A stretch of DNA of 64,000 nucleotides from an uncultured delta proteobacterium (lineage in GTDB: Bacteria > Myxococcota > Myxococcia > Myxococcales > Anaeromyxobacteraceae): assembly GCA_963814585.1 (NCBI GenBank), contig CAWFDF010000008.1, positions 448,001-512,000 on the forward strand. Reading direction: 5' to 3'. Both the position numbers and the translations under genes were made by a program. The notes below the pieces were generated by a model. It had not been told where the DNA came from. It worked only from the letters and a program-made list of their open reading frames with translations, and did not search any database. Every line of letters starts with the position of its first letter. Positions within the stretch are counted from its first letter, which is position 1. Below are positions 40,026 to 50,262 of this stretch, piece by piece.

Positions 40026-40879
40026 GGCGCGGCCTCGGCGCGAGGCTTGCGGAAGACCAGCTCCCTGTCCAGGTGGACCAGCTCGAAGTCGGCGCTGAGC
40101 TGCAGGAGCGACTCGGCGTGGCCGAGCAGCAGCCAGCCCCCGTCACCCAGCCGGGCGTGGAGCTGCCGGAGCACGCGCCGGCGCGCCGGGAGGTCGAAGT
40201 AGAGCAGCACGTTGCGGCAGAGGATCACGTCGAACGGGGCCTCCGGCATCCCTTCGCCGTCGAGCAGGTTGGCGGCGCCGAGACGGACCACGCGCCGCAG
40301 CGCCTCGTCCACCACCCAGCGTCCTTCCTGCAGGTGGAACCAGCGCCGGAGCGCCTTCCCCTCGACGCTGCGGAAGGCCTGCTCGGCGTAGGAGCCGGCC
40401 AGCCCCCGGGCCAGGCAGCGCCGGGAGAGATCGACGCCGTGCACCTCGATGGCCCAGCCCTCGAAGCGCGGCGAGCCGAGCACCAGCGCGGCCAGCGTGT
40501 AGGCCTCCTCCCCGGTGGCGCAGCCGGCCGAGAGCAGCCGCAGCCGCCGCTCGCCGGCGCGCGCCCGCTGCAGCACCGGGAGGATGTCCCGCTCGAGGGC
40601 GCGCAGCTGCTCCGGCTCCCGGTAGAAGTAGGTCTCGTTGGTGGTGAGCACCTCGGCGGCGGCGGCGAGCTCGGCCGGCCCGCGCGGGTCGAGCCGGAGG
40701 AAGCGCTGGTAGGTGTCGAAGTCGCCCAGGCCGTGGAGGGCCAGGCGCGGTCCCAGGCGCAGCTCCAGCAGGAAGCGCAGATCGTCGTGGAACCAGAGGC
40801 CGAAGCGGCCGTGGAACTGCTCGCGCAGGAGCCGGAAGGTCGCCTCCGGGAGCTGGGGCCGTCGCTCCGATCCATCCAT
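40022..40879 (-). CDS. cheR: Chemotaxis methyltransferase CheR
   Basis: TTNETYFYRE, SAGCATGEEAY, FDVILCRNVLLYF, LGHAESL. Confidence 0.95.
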   Translation of the reverse strand: MDGSERRPQLPEATFRLLREQFHGRFGLWFHDDLRFLLELRLGPRLALHGLGDFDTYQRFLRLDPRGPAELAAAAEVLTTNETYFYREPEQLRALERDILPVLQRARAGERRLRLLSAGCATGEEAYTLAALVLGSPRFEGWAIEVHGVDLSRRCLARGLAGSYAEQAFRSVEGKALRRWFHLQEGRWVVDEALRRVVRLGAANLLDGEGMPEAPFDVILCRNVLLYFDLPARRRVLRQLHARLGDGGWLLLGHAESLLQLSADFELVHLDRELVFRKPRAEAAP

Positions 40880-42985
40880 TCAGCGCCTTCGATCGCGGGC
40901 CAGTCCCAGGGCAGCATCGGCCAGGGCGCGGGCCACCAGCGGATCCGGCTCGGCCGCCGCCGCGCGCGCCGTCTCCTCCCGCAGCGCCCCGTCGCCGCGC
41001 TGGGCGATGGCGTGGGCCACCGCCAGCCGCACGTCCCAGCGCGGGTTGGCCAGGGCGGCGCGCAGCAGCTCCCGCCCGGACTCGTCCGGGACCCGGATCG
41101 CCGCGACCACCACCGCCTTGGCGACCTCGGGATCGGGATGGTCCAGCGCTCCTCGCAGCAGCCCCGGCTCGGGCGGTCCGATCCGGGCCAGGGCCCGCAG
41201 GGCGGACACCACCACCAGGGCCGGGGCCAATCCATCCGCGGCCAGCGCGGCGACGGCCGGCCCGTGCTCGGGGCGGCCACAGGCCCCGAGGGCCTCCACC
41301 GCGGCCGCACGCACCGCAGGTTCGGGATCGTCGAGCGCGGCCCGGAGTCCTCCCATGGCGAGGGCGCAGAGCGGGTGCTCGCCGGCCTCGGGATCCCCCT
41401 CCCGGGCGGCGGCATTGGCCTCCGCCAGCTCGGCGAAGGCGCGCGCCGCCGCGACGCGCACCGGCCAGGCCGGGTCGGACAGCGCCGCGATCAGCTCGGG
41501 GACGTGCTCGCTGCGAAGCAGCCCCCGCCTCCCCAGGGCGGCCACCGCGGCCGCGGCCGCCACCCGACGCTCCACGGCCTCGGCGCCGAGGCCGAGCCGG
41601 ACCAGCCGAAGGTCTTCCCCCTCGCCGCAGGCCCCCAGCACGCGGAAGAGCGCGGACGAGCCGCCGGCGGCGGCCCGGGCCCGGCACTCGATCAGGACCA
41701 CCCGCCGGCCATCGTCCGCGCTCCGCCCGATCGCGATCAGCGCGTCAGCCGCCAGCCCGGCCACCGTGGGTGATCCGTCGTCGAGCAACCCGCCCAGCAC
41801 CGCCGCCCCGGCCGGATGGCCCAGGCGGCCCAGGGCACCGATGGCCTCGGCCTGGACCTGGGGATCGGGATCGGCGGCGTGCTCCAGCAGCGACTGCAGC
41901 GCCGTGGCCTCCCCGGCCCGGGCCAGCGCCGAGTAGGTCGTGACCCGCGCCACCGGCGGCAGCTCCGGGAGCACCTGGCCCAGCACCTCCACCAGCCCGG
42001 CGCCGCGCGGCATCGACTCCAGCGCCTGCTCCACGAGCGGGCGCAGCCGGTCCTCGGCCGCCTTTCGAGCCACCGCCGGGGCGTGGGGGATCTCTCCAAT
42101 CCAGCCCAGCACCACCAGCGCCCCCTCGGCCACCTGCGGCTCGCCCGAGTCGAGCGCGGCCACGCACTCGCTGGCCACGTCCGGCCGCTCGCTGGCGACC
42201 CGGCGCACCTCGATGGAGAGCCGCTCCAGGGCCTCGGGCGGTCGGCGGCCTCGCTGCACGCCGATGGACGCCAGCGCCGCCAGCCGCGCCGATCGCCCCG
42301 GCCCGGCCAGCCCCCTCCCCAGCAGCTCGAGCGCCGCCGGCTCCTCGCACCAGGCCAGCGCCCGGTAGGCGCCCGGGCGCAGCGCAGGATCGCCCATCAA
42401 CCGGGCCAGCGTCGCCGCCGCCGGCGACACCCGGAGGGTCCCGAGCGCATCGAGGGCGGTGGCCCGCAGGGTCCGGTCATCCGAGTCGAGCGCGGCCTGC
42501 AGCGCGCCGATCGCCTCGGGGCCGCCGACCTTCCCGAGCGCCTCCGCCGCCGCGGCGCGCAAGGACGCATCGGGCTCCGCCAGGCACGCCACCAGGGCCG
42601 GGACGGCCCGGCGGCTGCCGATGGCCCCGACCGCGGCGATGGCCGAGAGCCGCCGCGACCCGCGGCAGGAGGCCAGCCGGAGCAGGAGGGCCGGCAAGGC
42701 GGCCGCTCCGAGGTTGGCCAGCACCATCTCCGCCGCGGCCCGGCCTCCGATGAGCTCCGCCCCGTCCAGCAGGTCGATGAGCCGTGGGAGCGCCGGGGCC
42801 GGATTGGCGAGCGAGCCGAGCCGCTCCACGGCGGCGGTGCGGACCCGCCAGCTCGTGTCGCACAGCCTGGCCAGCAGCTCGGACAGCTCCTCCGACCGGC
42901 TGCCGTCGAGCTGGAGGACGGCCCGGTACCGGGTCTCCTCGTCCGGGTGGCGCGCTTGCCTGAGCGGGGTCTCCATGCCGCTCAC
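40880..42985 (-). CDS. HEAT-repeat protein
   Basis: Many LxDxxxxVRxAAxxALG repeats. Confidence 0.88.
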   Translation of the reverse strand: MSGMETPLRQARHPDEETRYRAVLQLDGSRSEELSELLARLCDTSWRVRTAAVERLGSLANPAPALPRLIDLLDGAELIGGRAAAEMVLANLGAAALPALLLRLASCRGSRRLSAIAAVGAIGSRRAVPALVACLAEPDASLRAAAAEALGKVGGPEAIGALQAALDSDDRTLRATALDALGTLRVSPAAATLARLMGDPALRPGAYRALAWCEEPAALELLGRGLAGPGRSARLAALASIGVQRGRRPPEALERLSIEVRRVASERPDVASECVAALDSGEPQVAEGALVVLGWIGEIPHAPAVARKAAEDRLRPLVEQALESMPRGAGLVEVLGQVLPELPPVARVTTYSALARAGEATALQSLLEHAADPDPQVQAEAIGALGRLGHPAGAAVLGGLLDDGSPTVAGLAADALIAIGRSADDGRRVVLIECRARAAAGGSSALFRVLGACGEGEDLRLVRLGLGAEAVERRVAAAAAVAALGRRGLLRSEHVPELIAALSDPAWPVRVAAARAFAELAEANAAAREGDPEAGEHPLCALAMGGLRAALDDPEPAVRAAAVEALGACGRPEHGPAVAALAADGLAPALVVVSALRALARIGPPEPGLLRGALDHPDPEVAKAVVVAAIRVPDESGRELLRAALANPRWDVRLAVAHAIAQRGDGALREETARAAAAEPDPLVARALADAALGLARDRRR

Positions 42986-43539
42986 TCGACCCTCGCTGCC
43001 GCCAGGAGCTCGCGGGACAGCTCGGCGCCGTCGCCGCCGGCCGGGTCGAGCAGCGCCTTGACGTTGAGCAGGAGCCGAAGCCTGCCCGCTCCGCCGCGCC
43101 GTCCCGCCCGGACCGGGCCTCGCTCGCCATCGCAGACCCCGAGCACGAGGCGGCTGCCCTTCCCGTCGATCGCGGCGGGCGCAGGCCGGAGCTCCTCCCG
43201 GTCGAGCCGGAGCACCTCGCAGACCTCGTCGACCATCAGTCCGAGCAGCCGCCCGGCCACCTTGACCACGACGTACTTGGCCCGTCGCGTCGGCTCGACC
43301 GGCTTCAGCCCGAGCCGGCGACCCAGGTCCACCACCGGGATCACCTCGCCCCGGAGGCGGAACACGCCGGCGACGTGGCGCGGCGCCTCCGGAACCGGCG
43401 TCAGCGGCACCGGCGGGATGATCTCCCGCACCCGCATGATGTCGACGGCGAAGTCCTCACCGGAGACCCGGAAGGTGCAGAGCTGCACCTCGGTCCGTTC
43501 GGCGCCGGCCGACGCCGGTCCTGGCGGGTTCGAGCTCAT
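42982..43539 (-). CDS. cheW: CheW coupling protein
   Basis: FAVDIMRVREII, PVPEAPRHVAGVFRLRGEVIPVVDL, GLMVDEV. Confidence 0.92.
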   Translation of the reverse strand: MSSNPPGPASAGAERTEVQLCTFRVSGEDFAVDIMRVREIIPPVPLTPVPEAPRHVAGVFRLRGEVIPVVDLGRRLGLKPVEPTRRAKYVVVKVAGRLLGLMVDEVCEVLRLDREELRPAPAAIDGKGSRLVLGVCDGERGPVRAGRRGGAGRLRLLLNVKALLDPAGGDGAELSRELLAAARVE

Positions 43540-44486
43540 CGGGGCCTCGCCTCCGCCGCCCGGCGAAGCGGCCGGAGCAGGGCCCTCAGGTCCAGCACCA
43601 GGAAGATCCGCTCCTGGTCTCGCCCGATGCCGAGGAAGTGCTCGTGCCCGGCGTTGCCGAGGGCCTGCGGGCACGGCTCGAGGGTGCCCGTCGGCAACCG
43701 GACGACGCCGGCCACGCCGTCGACCAGCAGGCCGCACGCCCCGTCGCCGTCATCCACGATCACCACCCGCCGGGCCGCCCGCCCTTCGGGGCGGCCCAGC
43801 CCGAGGCGGCTCCGCGGATCGACCACGGTGATGATGTCGCCGCGCACCGAGATGACCCCGAGGACGTCGGGGGGCGCCCTGGGCACCTCGGTGATGGGTG
43901 GCGTGCGCATCACCTCGAGCACCCTCCCGATCTCGACGGCGTAGGACTGGCCGCCCAGCAGGACGACCAGGTACTCCTCCAGGGTCACCGGCGCCAGCGC
44001 CTCGCCGCCCGCCAGCGGCGGCGCGACCAGCCCCGGCGCCACCTCGTCCCCGCGGTAGAAGAACTCGTCGAGGGGAGTGAGCGGGACGGGGGGCCAGGCC
44101 GGGTCGGGGGCTGCCGGGGCGGGCGCCACCTCGATCGGGGCGATGGCGGCCATCGCCGGGGACCCGCCGCCGTCGGGACGCCAGGTCACGAAGCGAGCAT
44201 CCGGCGCGAAGGGCAGCGCGGCCACTCGCGAGCCCATCTCGGCCTCCAGCCGGAGCGCCTCGGGGCTGCCGGGCAGGGCCCGGACCGGCCGCGGCGGCCG
44301 CGCCGGCTCGGGGCCGGCTTCGGCCCGGTCGCCGGGCGCTGCCTCGGCCACGGGGGCGGGCCGGGACGCCGGCCGGCGCCTGGGCCGGGGGGCCTGCTTC
44401 GCCTCGGCCGGCGGGGCGGACGCCACCGCCCGGTCCGCGCGGGCCGACCGCTCCTTCGCCTTGCGCCGGATCTTGAGGAAGTCCAT
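43536..44486 (-). CDS. cheW: CheW with long Pro/Ala-rich N-terminal extension
   Basis: ITEVPRAPPDVLGVISVRGDIITVVD, GLLVDGV. Confidence 0.88.
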   Translation of the reverse strand: MDFLKIRRKAKERSARADRAVASAPPAEAKQAPRPRRRPASRPAPVAEAAPGDRAEAGPEPARPPRPVRALPGSPEALRLEAEMGSRVAALPFAPDARFVTWRPDGGGSPAMAAIAPIEVAPAPAAPDPAWPPVPLTPLDEFFYRGDEVAPGLVAPPLAGGEALAPVTLEEYLVVLLGGQSYAVEIGRVLEVMRTPPITEVPRAPPDVLGVISVRGDIITVVDPRSRLGLGRPEGRAARRVVIVDDGDGACGLLVDGVAGVVRLPTGTLEPCPQALGNAGHEHFLGIGRDQERIFLVLDLRALLRPLRRAAEARPR

Positions 44487-44501
44487 GGCCCGGTGGGAAT
44501 C

Positions 44502-45326
44502 CTACTCCGCCGCCCCCAGGCTTCCCAAGTGGGCCCGCAGGTCCTCGGCGACCGCATCGACCACCGCCGCGTCGATGCGCGCGGCGTCGCGGGCGAATCC
44601 CTCCAGCAGCGCGCCCGAGGCCAGCTGGTTCACTCGCCGAGGCAGTCCCCGGGAGCGGCGGTGAAGCGCGGCCACGGCCTCGGACGTGAAGAGCGGCGCG
44701 GCGCGACCCGCCACGGCCAGCCGGTGCGCCAGGTAGTCACCGACCTCTCCGGCGTCGAGCGCGCCCACGTGGTAGGCCACGCCGACCCGCTGCGCGAACG
44801 GCTCGCCACCTTGCGATCGCAGCCGCTCGCGGAGCTCGGGCTGGCCGATCAGCAGGAGCCCGACCAGCGGCCGGTCGTCGGCGGCGAGGTTGGTGAGGAG
44901 CCTCAGCTCGTCCCAGGCGGCACGCCCGGACAGCAGCTGCGCCTCGTCGATCACCACCACCGGGAACTGACCCGCCTCGTCGAGAGCCTCGAGGTGGCTC
45001 CCCAGCGCCGACCAGGTCTCGCTCTTCCTCCGGGCGGCCGGCAGGCCGAACCCCTCGGCGATGGACGACAGCAGCTGCGCCGGCGGCAGGGCCGGATTGA
45101 CGATGAAGCTGAAGCGGCAGCGCTCGGCGAACTCGTCCACCAGCGCCCGCGACAGCGTGGTCTTGCCGACGCCGATCTCTCCCGTGAGCACGGCGATCTC
45201 CCGCTCCTCGACCGCGTGCGAGAGGCGCGCCAGGGCCTCGGCGTGCTGGCGGGACGGGAAGAGGAAGTCCGGGTCGGGCGTCTTCGAGAAGGGGCGCCGC
45301 GTCAGTCCGTAGTGCTCGAGGTACAT
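44502..45326 (-). CDS. ExeA/GspA-like AAA ATPase (ATPase domain only)
   Basis: MYLEHYGLTRRPFSKTPDP, GEIGVGKTT, VIDEAQ, LIGQPEL, GLPRRVN. Confidence 0.9.
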   Translation of the reverse strand: MYLEHYGLTRRPFSKTPDPDFLFPSRQHAEALARLSHAVEEREIAVLTGEIGVGKTTLSRALVDEFAERCRFSFIVNPALPPAQLLSSIAEGFGLPAARRKSETWSALGSHLEALDEAGQFPVVVIDEAQLLSGRAAWDELRLLTNLAADDRPLVGLLLIGQPELRERLRSQGGEPFAQRVGVAYHVGALDAGEVGDYLAHRLAVAGRAAPLFTSEAVAALHRRSRGLPRRVNQLASGALLEGFARDAARIDAAVVDAVAEDLRAHLGSLGAAE

Positions 45327-45338
45327 GCCTCCCGCCCC

Positions 45339-47486
45339 CTACCCTGCCACCTCGGGCCACGGCTCTCCGACGACCACGTCCTCGATGATGGCCCCCACGT
45401 CGAGCACCAGCACGGTGGTCCGCCGTCCGAGGTCGGTCACGCCGGCGATCCCGCGAACGCCGGCCAGGATGCTGCCGAGCGGCTTGACCACGATGTCCTG
45501 CTGTCCCAGGAGCTCGTCCACGGCCAGCCCGAGGCGCTCCTGGGCCAGGCCGGTCACCACCACGTAGAGGGGATCCGGGGGCGGCCGGTCCCCGGCGGCG
45601 AAGAAGCGGCTGAGGCTCGTGAGTGGCAGCGTGGCACCACGAAGGCTGATCGCGTCGCGCGCCCCCACCGACCGGACGTCGGCGGCCCGCACCTCGAGGA
45701 GCTCCAGCACGCTGTTGAGCGGCACGGCGTAGGTGCGACCCGAGGCCTTGACCACCAGGGCCCGGATGATGGCCAGGGTGACCGGCAAGGTGATCTCGAA
45801 GCGGGTCCCGACGCCGCGCTCGGTGTTCAGGTCGATGATGCCGGAGAGCGCCGCGATGTTGTTCTTCACCACGTCCATCCCGACGCCACGGCCGGAGAGG
45901 CTGGTGACCTGGCGCGCCGTCGAGAAGCCTGGGACGAAGATCAGGTTCATCACCTCCCGCCGGGAGAGCCCCCGCACCGACTCGGCCGTGGCCAGCCCCC
46001 TGGCCACCGCGACCTCGCGGATCCGATCCTCGTCGATCCCGTTGCCATCGTCGGCCACCGACAGCTGCACGTGGTGGCCGCGCTGGACCGCGGCCAGGGT
46101 GATGTGACCCACCCGCGACTTGCCCTTCCTCTGGCGCACCTCGGGCCCCTCGATGGCGTGGTCGATGGCGTTCCGGATGAGGTGCATGAGCGGATCCGCC
46201 AGGTCCTCGACGATCAGCTTGTCGAGCTCCACCTCGCCGCCGGAGACCTCCAGCTCCACCTCCTTCCCCACCTCCCGGGCCAGCTTGCGCACCAGGCGGG
46301 TGAGCTTGTCGAAGACCTGGTCGAGCGGGACCATCCGGACCTCGAGGATCCCGCCCTGCAGCTCGGCCAGCCTCCGCTCCAGCCCGCGGCCGACCTGCTG
46401 GAGCTCGGCCACCAGCACCGGGTCGATCCCCTCGCCCTTGAAGCGCTCGGCGACCGACTGCAGCGAGCTCTTCACCAGCACCAGCTCGCCCACCACGTTC
46501 ATGAGCCGGTTGAGCTTCCGGATGTCGACGCGCACCGCCTGGGAGGCCGACCGGAGCGTGCCGGCGTCGGGCTCGGCGAGCGGCTCGGGGGCGGGCGAGA
46601 GCACCAGCGGGGCGGCGGACGGGGGATGGCTGGAGGGGGGCGCATCCGGCGGGGCGTCCACCTCGGCTGGCCGCTGGAGGGGGGCCCGCCTGGGGGCCCG
46701 GACCGGAGCGCCATCCGCGGCCGCCGTCGCGCCGGAGCCGCCGCCCAGGACCACCACCGGGTCGACCGCGGCGTGGGGGCCGGCCTCCAGCACCACGCTG
46801 GCGAGCGGCGCGGTGGTGGCCAGCAGCAGCTCGAAGGCGATGGTGGTCGGGTCCTTCATGTCGGCCGATGGGAGCGTCGACACCACCTCGCCCAGCTCCT
46901 TGAGCCGCGCCGAGAGGGCGGCCAGCTGCTCGTCGAAGGCCGTCAGCTCGAAGGCCACCCGGATCCGGAAGAGCCCCAGCCCCTTGCGCAGCGCCGCGCC
47001 CAGCCGGTGCTCCTCGTACTCGGTGAGGAGGCGGCGGATCTCCGGTCCGAGCGCCAGGCCGTCGAGCTCGGCGCCGACCGGAGGCGAGGACCCCCGCTCC
47101 TCGGCGCGGAGCCGCTCGGTGAGGCGCGCGGCGGCGTCCCGGGTGGCGTGTGGTGCGCCGGTGGCCTCCTCCGAGATGATACGGGAGAAGACCTCTGGCG
47201 CCTCGAGCAGCAGGTCGAGCGCGCCGGCGTCGAGCCGACGCCGCCCCAGGCGCAGGTCGTCGAGCGCATCCTCGAGCGCGTGGGCCAGCCGCGCCAGCCG
47301 CTCGACGCCAAACATCGACGACAGCCCCTTGAGCGAGTGGGCGGCGCGGAAGACCGAGTTGAGGACCTCGGGCTCGGGCTCGGCGCCCGCCCCTTCCAGC
47401 TGCATCAGCCCCTTGCCGAGCGCGTCGATGGTCTCCTGGGCCTCGGAGACGAAGTCGGAGAGCGCCTTCTGCGATCGGTCGGACAT
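45339..47486 (-). CDS. cheA: Chemotaxis histidine kinase CheA
   Basis: Hpt FRAAHSLKG, VRVDI..L..LMNVVGELV, HLIRNAIDH, DDGNGID, PGFST, SGRGVGMDVV, C-terminal CheW domain. Confidence 0.95.
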   Translation of the reverse strand: MSDRSQKALSDFVSEAQETIDALGKGLMQLEGAGAEPEPEVLNSVFRAAHSLKGLSSMFGVERLARLAHALEDALDDLRLGRRRLDAGALDLLLEAPEVFSRIISEEATGAPHATRDAAARLTERLRAEERGSSPPVGAELDGLALGPEIRRLLTEYEEHRLGAALRKGLGLFRIRVAFELTAFDEQLAALSARLKELGEVVSTLPSADMKDPTTIAFELLLATTAPLASVVLEAGPHAAVDPVVVLGGGSGATAAADGAPVRAPRRAPLQRPAEVDAPPDAPPSSHPPSAAPLVLSPAPEPLAEPDAGTLRSASQAVRVDIRKLNRLMNVVGELVLVKSSLQSVAERFKGEGIDPVLVAELQQVGRGLERRLAELQGGILEVRMVPLDQVFDKLTRLVRKLAREVGKEVELEVSGGEVELDKLIVEDLADPLMHLIRNAIDHAIEGPEVRQRKGKSRVGHITLAAVQRGHHVQLSVADDGNGIDEDRIREVAVARGLATAESVRGLSRREVMNLIFVPGFSTARQVTSLSGRGVGMDVVKNNIAALSGIIDLNTERGVGTRFEITLPVTLAIIRALVVKASGRTYAVPLNSVLELLEVRAADVRSVGARDAISLRGATLPLTSLSRFFAAGDRPPPDPLYVVVTGLAQERLGLAVDELLGQQDIVVKPLGSILAGVRGIAGVTDLGRRTTVLVLDVGAIIEDVVVGEPWPEVAG

Positions 47487-47520
47487 GGGAAGGAGGGTCG
47501 GCGCGCCGGCGCCGACGGGG

Positions 47521-48060
47521 TCATCGTACCATCGCCGCCGGCCTGGCCGAGAAAGGCGCCACCTCGATCTCGGCCCGCGCCTCGAGGCGGGCGGCGGCGA
47601 GATCGGCGGCCAGGGTCCGGGCATCGCCCAGCAGCACCAGCCGGTCGCCCGGCACGGCGACCGCGGCCCGCAGCCAGGCCCGGCAGGCCTCGGCGCCGGG
47701 CACGCCCGGCACCGGCAGCGCGGCGGCCGCGAAGGACGTCGCGCCGGCCCTGGTCACCACCAGGCCGAGGCGCTCGAGGGTCTCGGCGAGCCGGGTCTCG
47801 CCGGGCCCCGGCGACCAGCCCACCGCCACCACCCGGGCCACCGGCAGCCGCCTCGAGGTCGGCAGGAGCAGCGCCTCGCCCGGGCCAGCCGCGTAGAGGC
47901 CGCCGGTGAGCGTGCGGGTGAGGGCCCCCGCCAGGCGCCAGTCCACCAGGCCGGCCAGCCCGTGCAGCGGCCGCTCCTCGCCGACCAGCAGCGCCACGGC
48001 CTCGACGTCGAGGGCGTCGAGGGTCGCGAGGGAGAGCTCCGCCACCTCGATGCGGCGCAT
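47521..48060 (-). CDS. Stand-alone peptidase M17 N-terminal-like domain protein
   Basis: ERPLHGLAGLVDWRLAGALT...GEALLLP resembles the PepA N-domain; no catalytic domain. Confidence 0.6.
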   Translation of the reverse strand: MRRIEVAELSLATLDALDVEAVALLVGEERPLHGLAGLVDWRLAGALTRTLTGGLYAAGPGEALLLPTSRRLPVARVVAVGWSPGPGETRLAETLERLGLVVTRAGATSFAAAALPVPGVPGAEACRAWLRAAVAVPGDRLVLLGDARTLAADLAAARLEARAEIEVAPFSARPAAMVR

Positions 48061-48062
48061 GA

Positions 48063-48491
48063 CTATCCCTCGCCGCGCCGCGCCGCCGGGAGTCCCTGGG
48101 CGATCTTGTCGAGCACGCCATTGACGAAGGCGCCACTCTGCTCGGAGCCGTACTTCTTGCCGAGCTCGATGGCCTCGTTGATGATCACCTTCACCGGGGC
48201 GTCTCCCTGGAGCAGTTCCCAGGTGGCCAGCCGCAGCACGTTGCGATCCACCTTGGCCATACGATCGAGCCGCCAGTTGGTGGAGACGTTCTCGATCAGG
48301 TCGTCCACCTGCCGCCGGTCGACGGCCACGCCCCGGACCAGCAGCTCGGCCAGTTGCTGCACCTCGCGCTCGGTCGGCTCGAAGCTCCTCCAGAAGCTGG
48401 CCAGCGCGTCGTCGATCCCGGCTGCGGCCACGTCGATCTGGTAGAGCGCCTGCAGCGCCCGCTCACGGGCCTTGGTCCGGCGCCCGGTCAT
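48063..48491 (-). CDS. nusB: Transcription antitermination factor NusB
   Basis: [41 protein letters not shown]. Confidence 0.97.
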   Translation of the reverse strand: MTGRRTKARERALQALYQIDVAAAGIDDALASFWRSFEPTEREVQQLAELLVRGVAVDRRQVDDLIENVSTNWRLDRMAKVDRNVLRLATWELLQGDAPVKVIINEAIELGKKYGSEQSGAFVNGVLDKIAQGLPAARRGEG

Positions 48492-48979
48492 CCGCGCCCC
48501 GCCTTGCCGCGCTTCCCGGTCGCCAGCCTGAGGACCTGGGCCTGCTCGATGGCGGCGGCGGCCGCCTCCGCCCCCTTGTTGCCGCCCTTGACGCCGGCGC
48601 GCTCCAGCGCCTGCTCCATGGTGTCGCAGGTGAGGACCCCCATGGTGACGGCGCAGTCCGCCTCCAGCGCCACCTGCGCCACGCCCTTGGTGGCCTCGCC
48701 CGCCACGTACTCGAAGTGGGGCGTGCCCCCGCGGATGACGGCACCGAGCGCGATGACCGCGTCGTGGCGGCCGCCGGCCACCACGCGCTTCAGCAGCGCC
48801 GGGAGCTCGAAGGTCCCCGGGCAGCGAAAGACGTCGACGTCGCCGTCGGCAACGCCGTGCCGCCGCAGCGTGTCCACCGCGCCGGCCAGGAGCTGGTCGG
48901 TGATCAGCGAGTTGAAGCGGGAGACCACCAGCGCGAACTTGAGCCCCGTGGCGATCAGCGAACCCTCGAAGACGTTCAT
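48488..48979 (-). CDS. ribH: 6,7-dimethyl-8-ribityllumazine synthase
   Basis: [37 protein letters not shown]. Confidence 0.97.
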   Translation of the reverse strand: MNVFEGSLIATGLKFALVVSRFNSLITDQLLAGAVDTLRRHGVADGDVDVFRCPGTFELPALLKRVVAGGRHDAVIALGAVIRGGTPHFEYVAGEATKGVAQVALEADCAVTMGVLTCDTMEQALERAGVKGGNKGAEAAAAAIEQAQVLRLATGKRGKAGRG

Positions 48980-50262
48980 GGCTTCCTTCCTTTTCGTCCG
49001 GCGGCGGGCCGCCGGGTGCGCCGCGCCGCAGGCGCCGGCTTCAGGGTGAGCAGGTGGCCCATCTTGTCCCGCTTGGTGGCGAGGTAGGCCAGGTTCTTCC
49101 GGGTCGGCGCCATCTCAAGCGGGACCCGCGCCACCACCTCGAGACCGTAGCCTTCCAGGCCCACGATCTTCTTCGGGTTGTTGGTCAGCAGCCGCATCTT
49201 GCGAACCCCCAGGTCCCGCAGGATCTGGGCGCCCAGCCCGTAGTCGCGCAGGTCGGGCTTGAAGCCGAGCTTCAGGTTGGCCTCGGCGGTGTCGAGCCCC
49301 TGGTCCTGCAGGTTGTAGGCCTTGAGCTTGTTGACGAGCCCGATGCCGCGCCCCTCCTGGTCGAGGTAGAGCAGCACGCCCTTGCCGGCCTGCTCGATCT
49401 GGGCGAGCGCGGCGTGGAGCTGGGGGCCGCAGTCACACCGCTCGGAGCCGAAGACGTCGCCGGTCAGGCACCGGGAATGGACCCGCACCAGGACCGACTC
49501 GCCCGGCTTCCACTTCCCCTTCACCAGCGCCACGTGCTGGAACTTGTCGACATCGTTCTCGTAGGCCACGGCCGTGAACCCGCCGCGGGTGGTCGGCAGC
49601 GGCGCCTCGGCGGCGCGGTGGACCAGGGTGTCCTTGAGCATCCGGTAGGCGATCAGGTCCGCCACCGAGACGATGGGGAGGTCGTGGGCCTTCGACAGGG
49701 TCTCCAGCTCGGGTCGCCGGGCCATGGTCCCGTCGTCGTTCATCACCTCGCAGATGACGCCGGCCGGCGTGAGGCCGGCCAGCCGGGCCAGGTCCACCGA
49801 GCCCTCGGTCTGGCCGGCGCGCACCAGCACGCCGCCGCGCCGCGCCCGGAGCGGGAAGACGTGGCCGGGCCTGGCCAGGTCCTCGGGGCGGCAGTCCTCC
49901 CGCACGGCGGTGAGGATGGTGTGGGCCCGGTCCCTGGCGCTGATGCCCGTGGTGACACCCTTCCTGGCCTCGATGGAGATGGTGAAGGCGGTCCCGAAGG
50001 ACGAGGTGTTGGAGCCCTCGTCGACCATGAGCGGCAGGCGCAGCTTCGCCACCTTCTCCTCGTTGAGCGAGAGGCAGATCAGGCCGCGGCCGTGCTTGGC
50101 CATGAAGTTGACGGCTGCCGGCGTGACCAGCTCGGCCGCCATGCAGAGGTCGCCCTCGTTCTCCCGGTCCTCGTCGTCGACCATGATGACCTGCTTGCCG
50201 GCGCGGATGTACGCCAGGGCCCGCTCCACCCGCTCCACCGACTTCCCGGTCGACAGCGTCAC
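48976..50262 (-). CDS. ribBA: Bifunctional DHBP synthase / GTP cyclohydrolase II
   Basis: [52 protein letters not shown]. Confidence 0.97.
   Translation of the reverse strand: MTLSTGKSVERVERALAYIRAGKQVIMVDDEDRENEGDLCMAAELVTPAAVNFMAKHGRGLICLSLNEEKVAKLRLPLMVDEGSNTSSFGTAFTISIEARKGVTTGISARDRAHTILTAVREDCRPEDLARPGHVFPLRARRGGVLVRAGQTEGSVDLARLAGLTPAGVICEVMNDDGTMARRPELETLSKAHDLPIVSVADLIAYRMLKDTLVHRAAEAPLPTTRGGFTAVAYENDVDKFQHVALVKGKWKPGESVLVRVHSRCLTGDVFGSERCDCGPQLHAALAQIEQAGKGVLLYLDQEGRGIGLVNKLKAYNLQDQGLDTAEANLKLGFKPDLRDYGLGAQILRDLGVRKMRLLTNNPKKIVGLEGYGLEVVARVPLEMAPTRKNLAYLATKRDKMGHLLTLKPAPAARRTRRPAAGRKGRKP

Noticed and set aside
43638..47909. Very long ORFs such as 43638..47909(+), 58777..62493(+), 29583..32471(+), 11562..14141(+), 34629..37154(+)
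   Set aside because: Antisense or off-frame shadows of well-recognised genes; stop codons are rare in very GC-rich DNA, and the products have no motifs.
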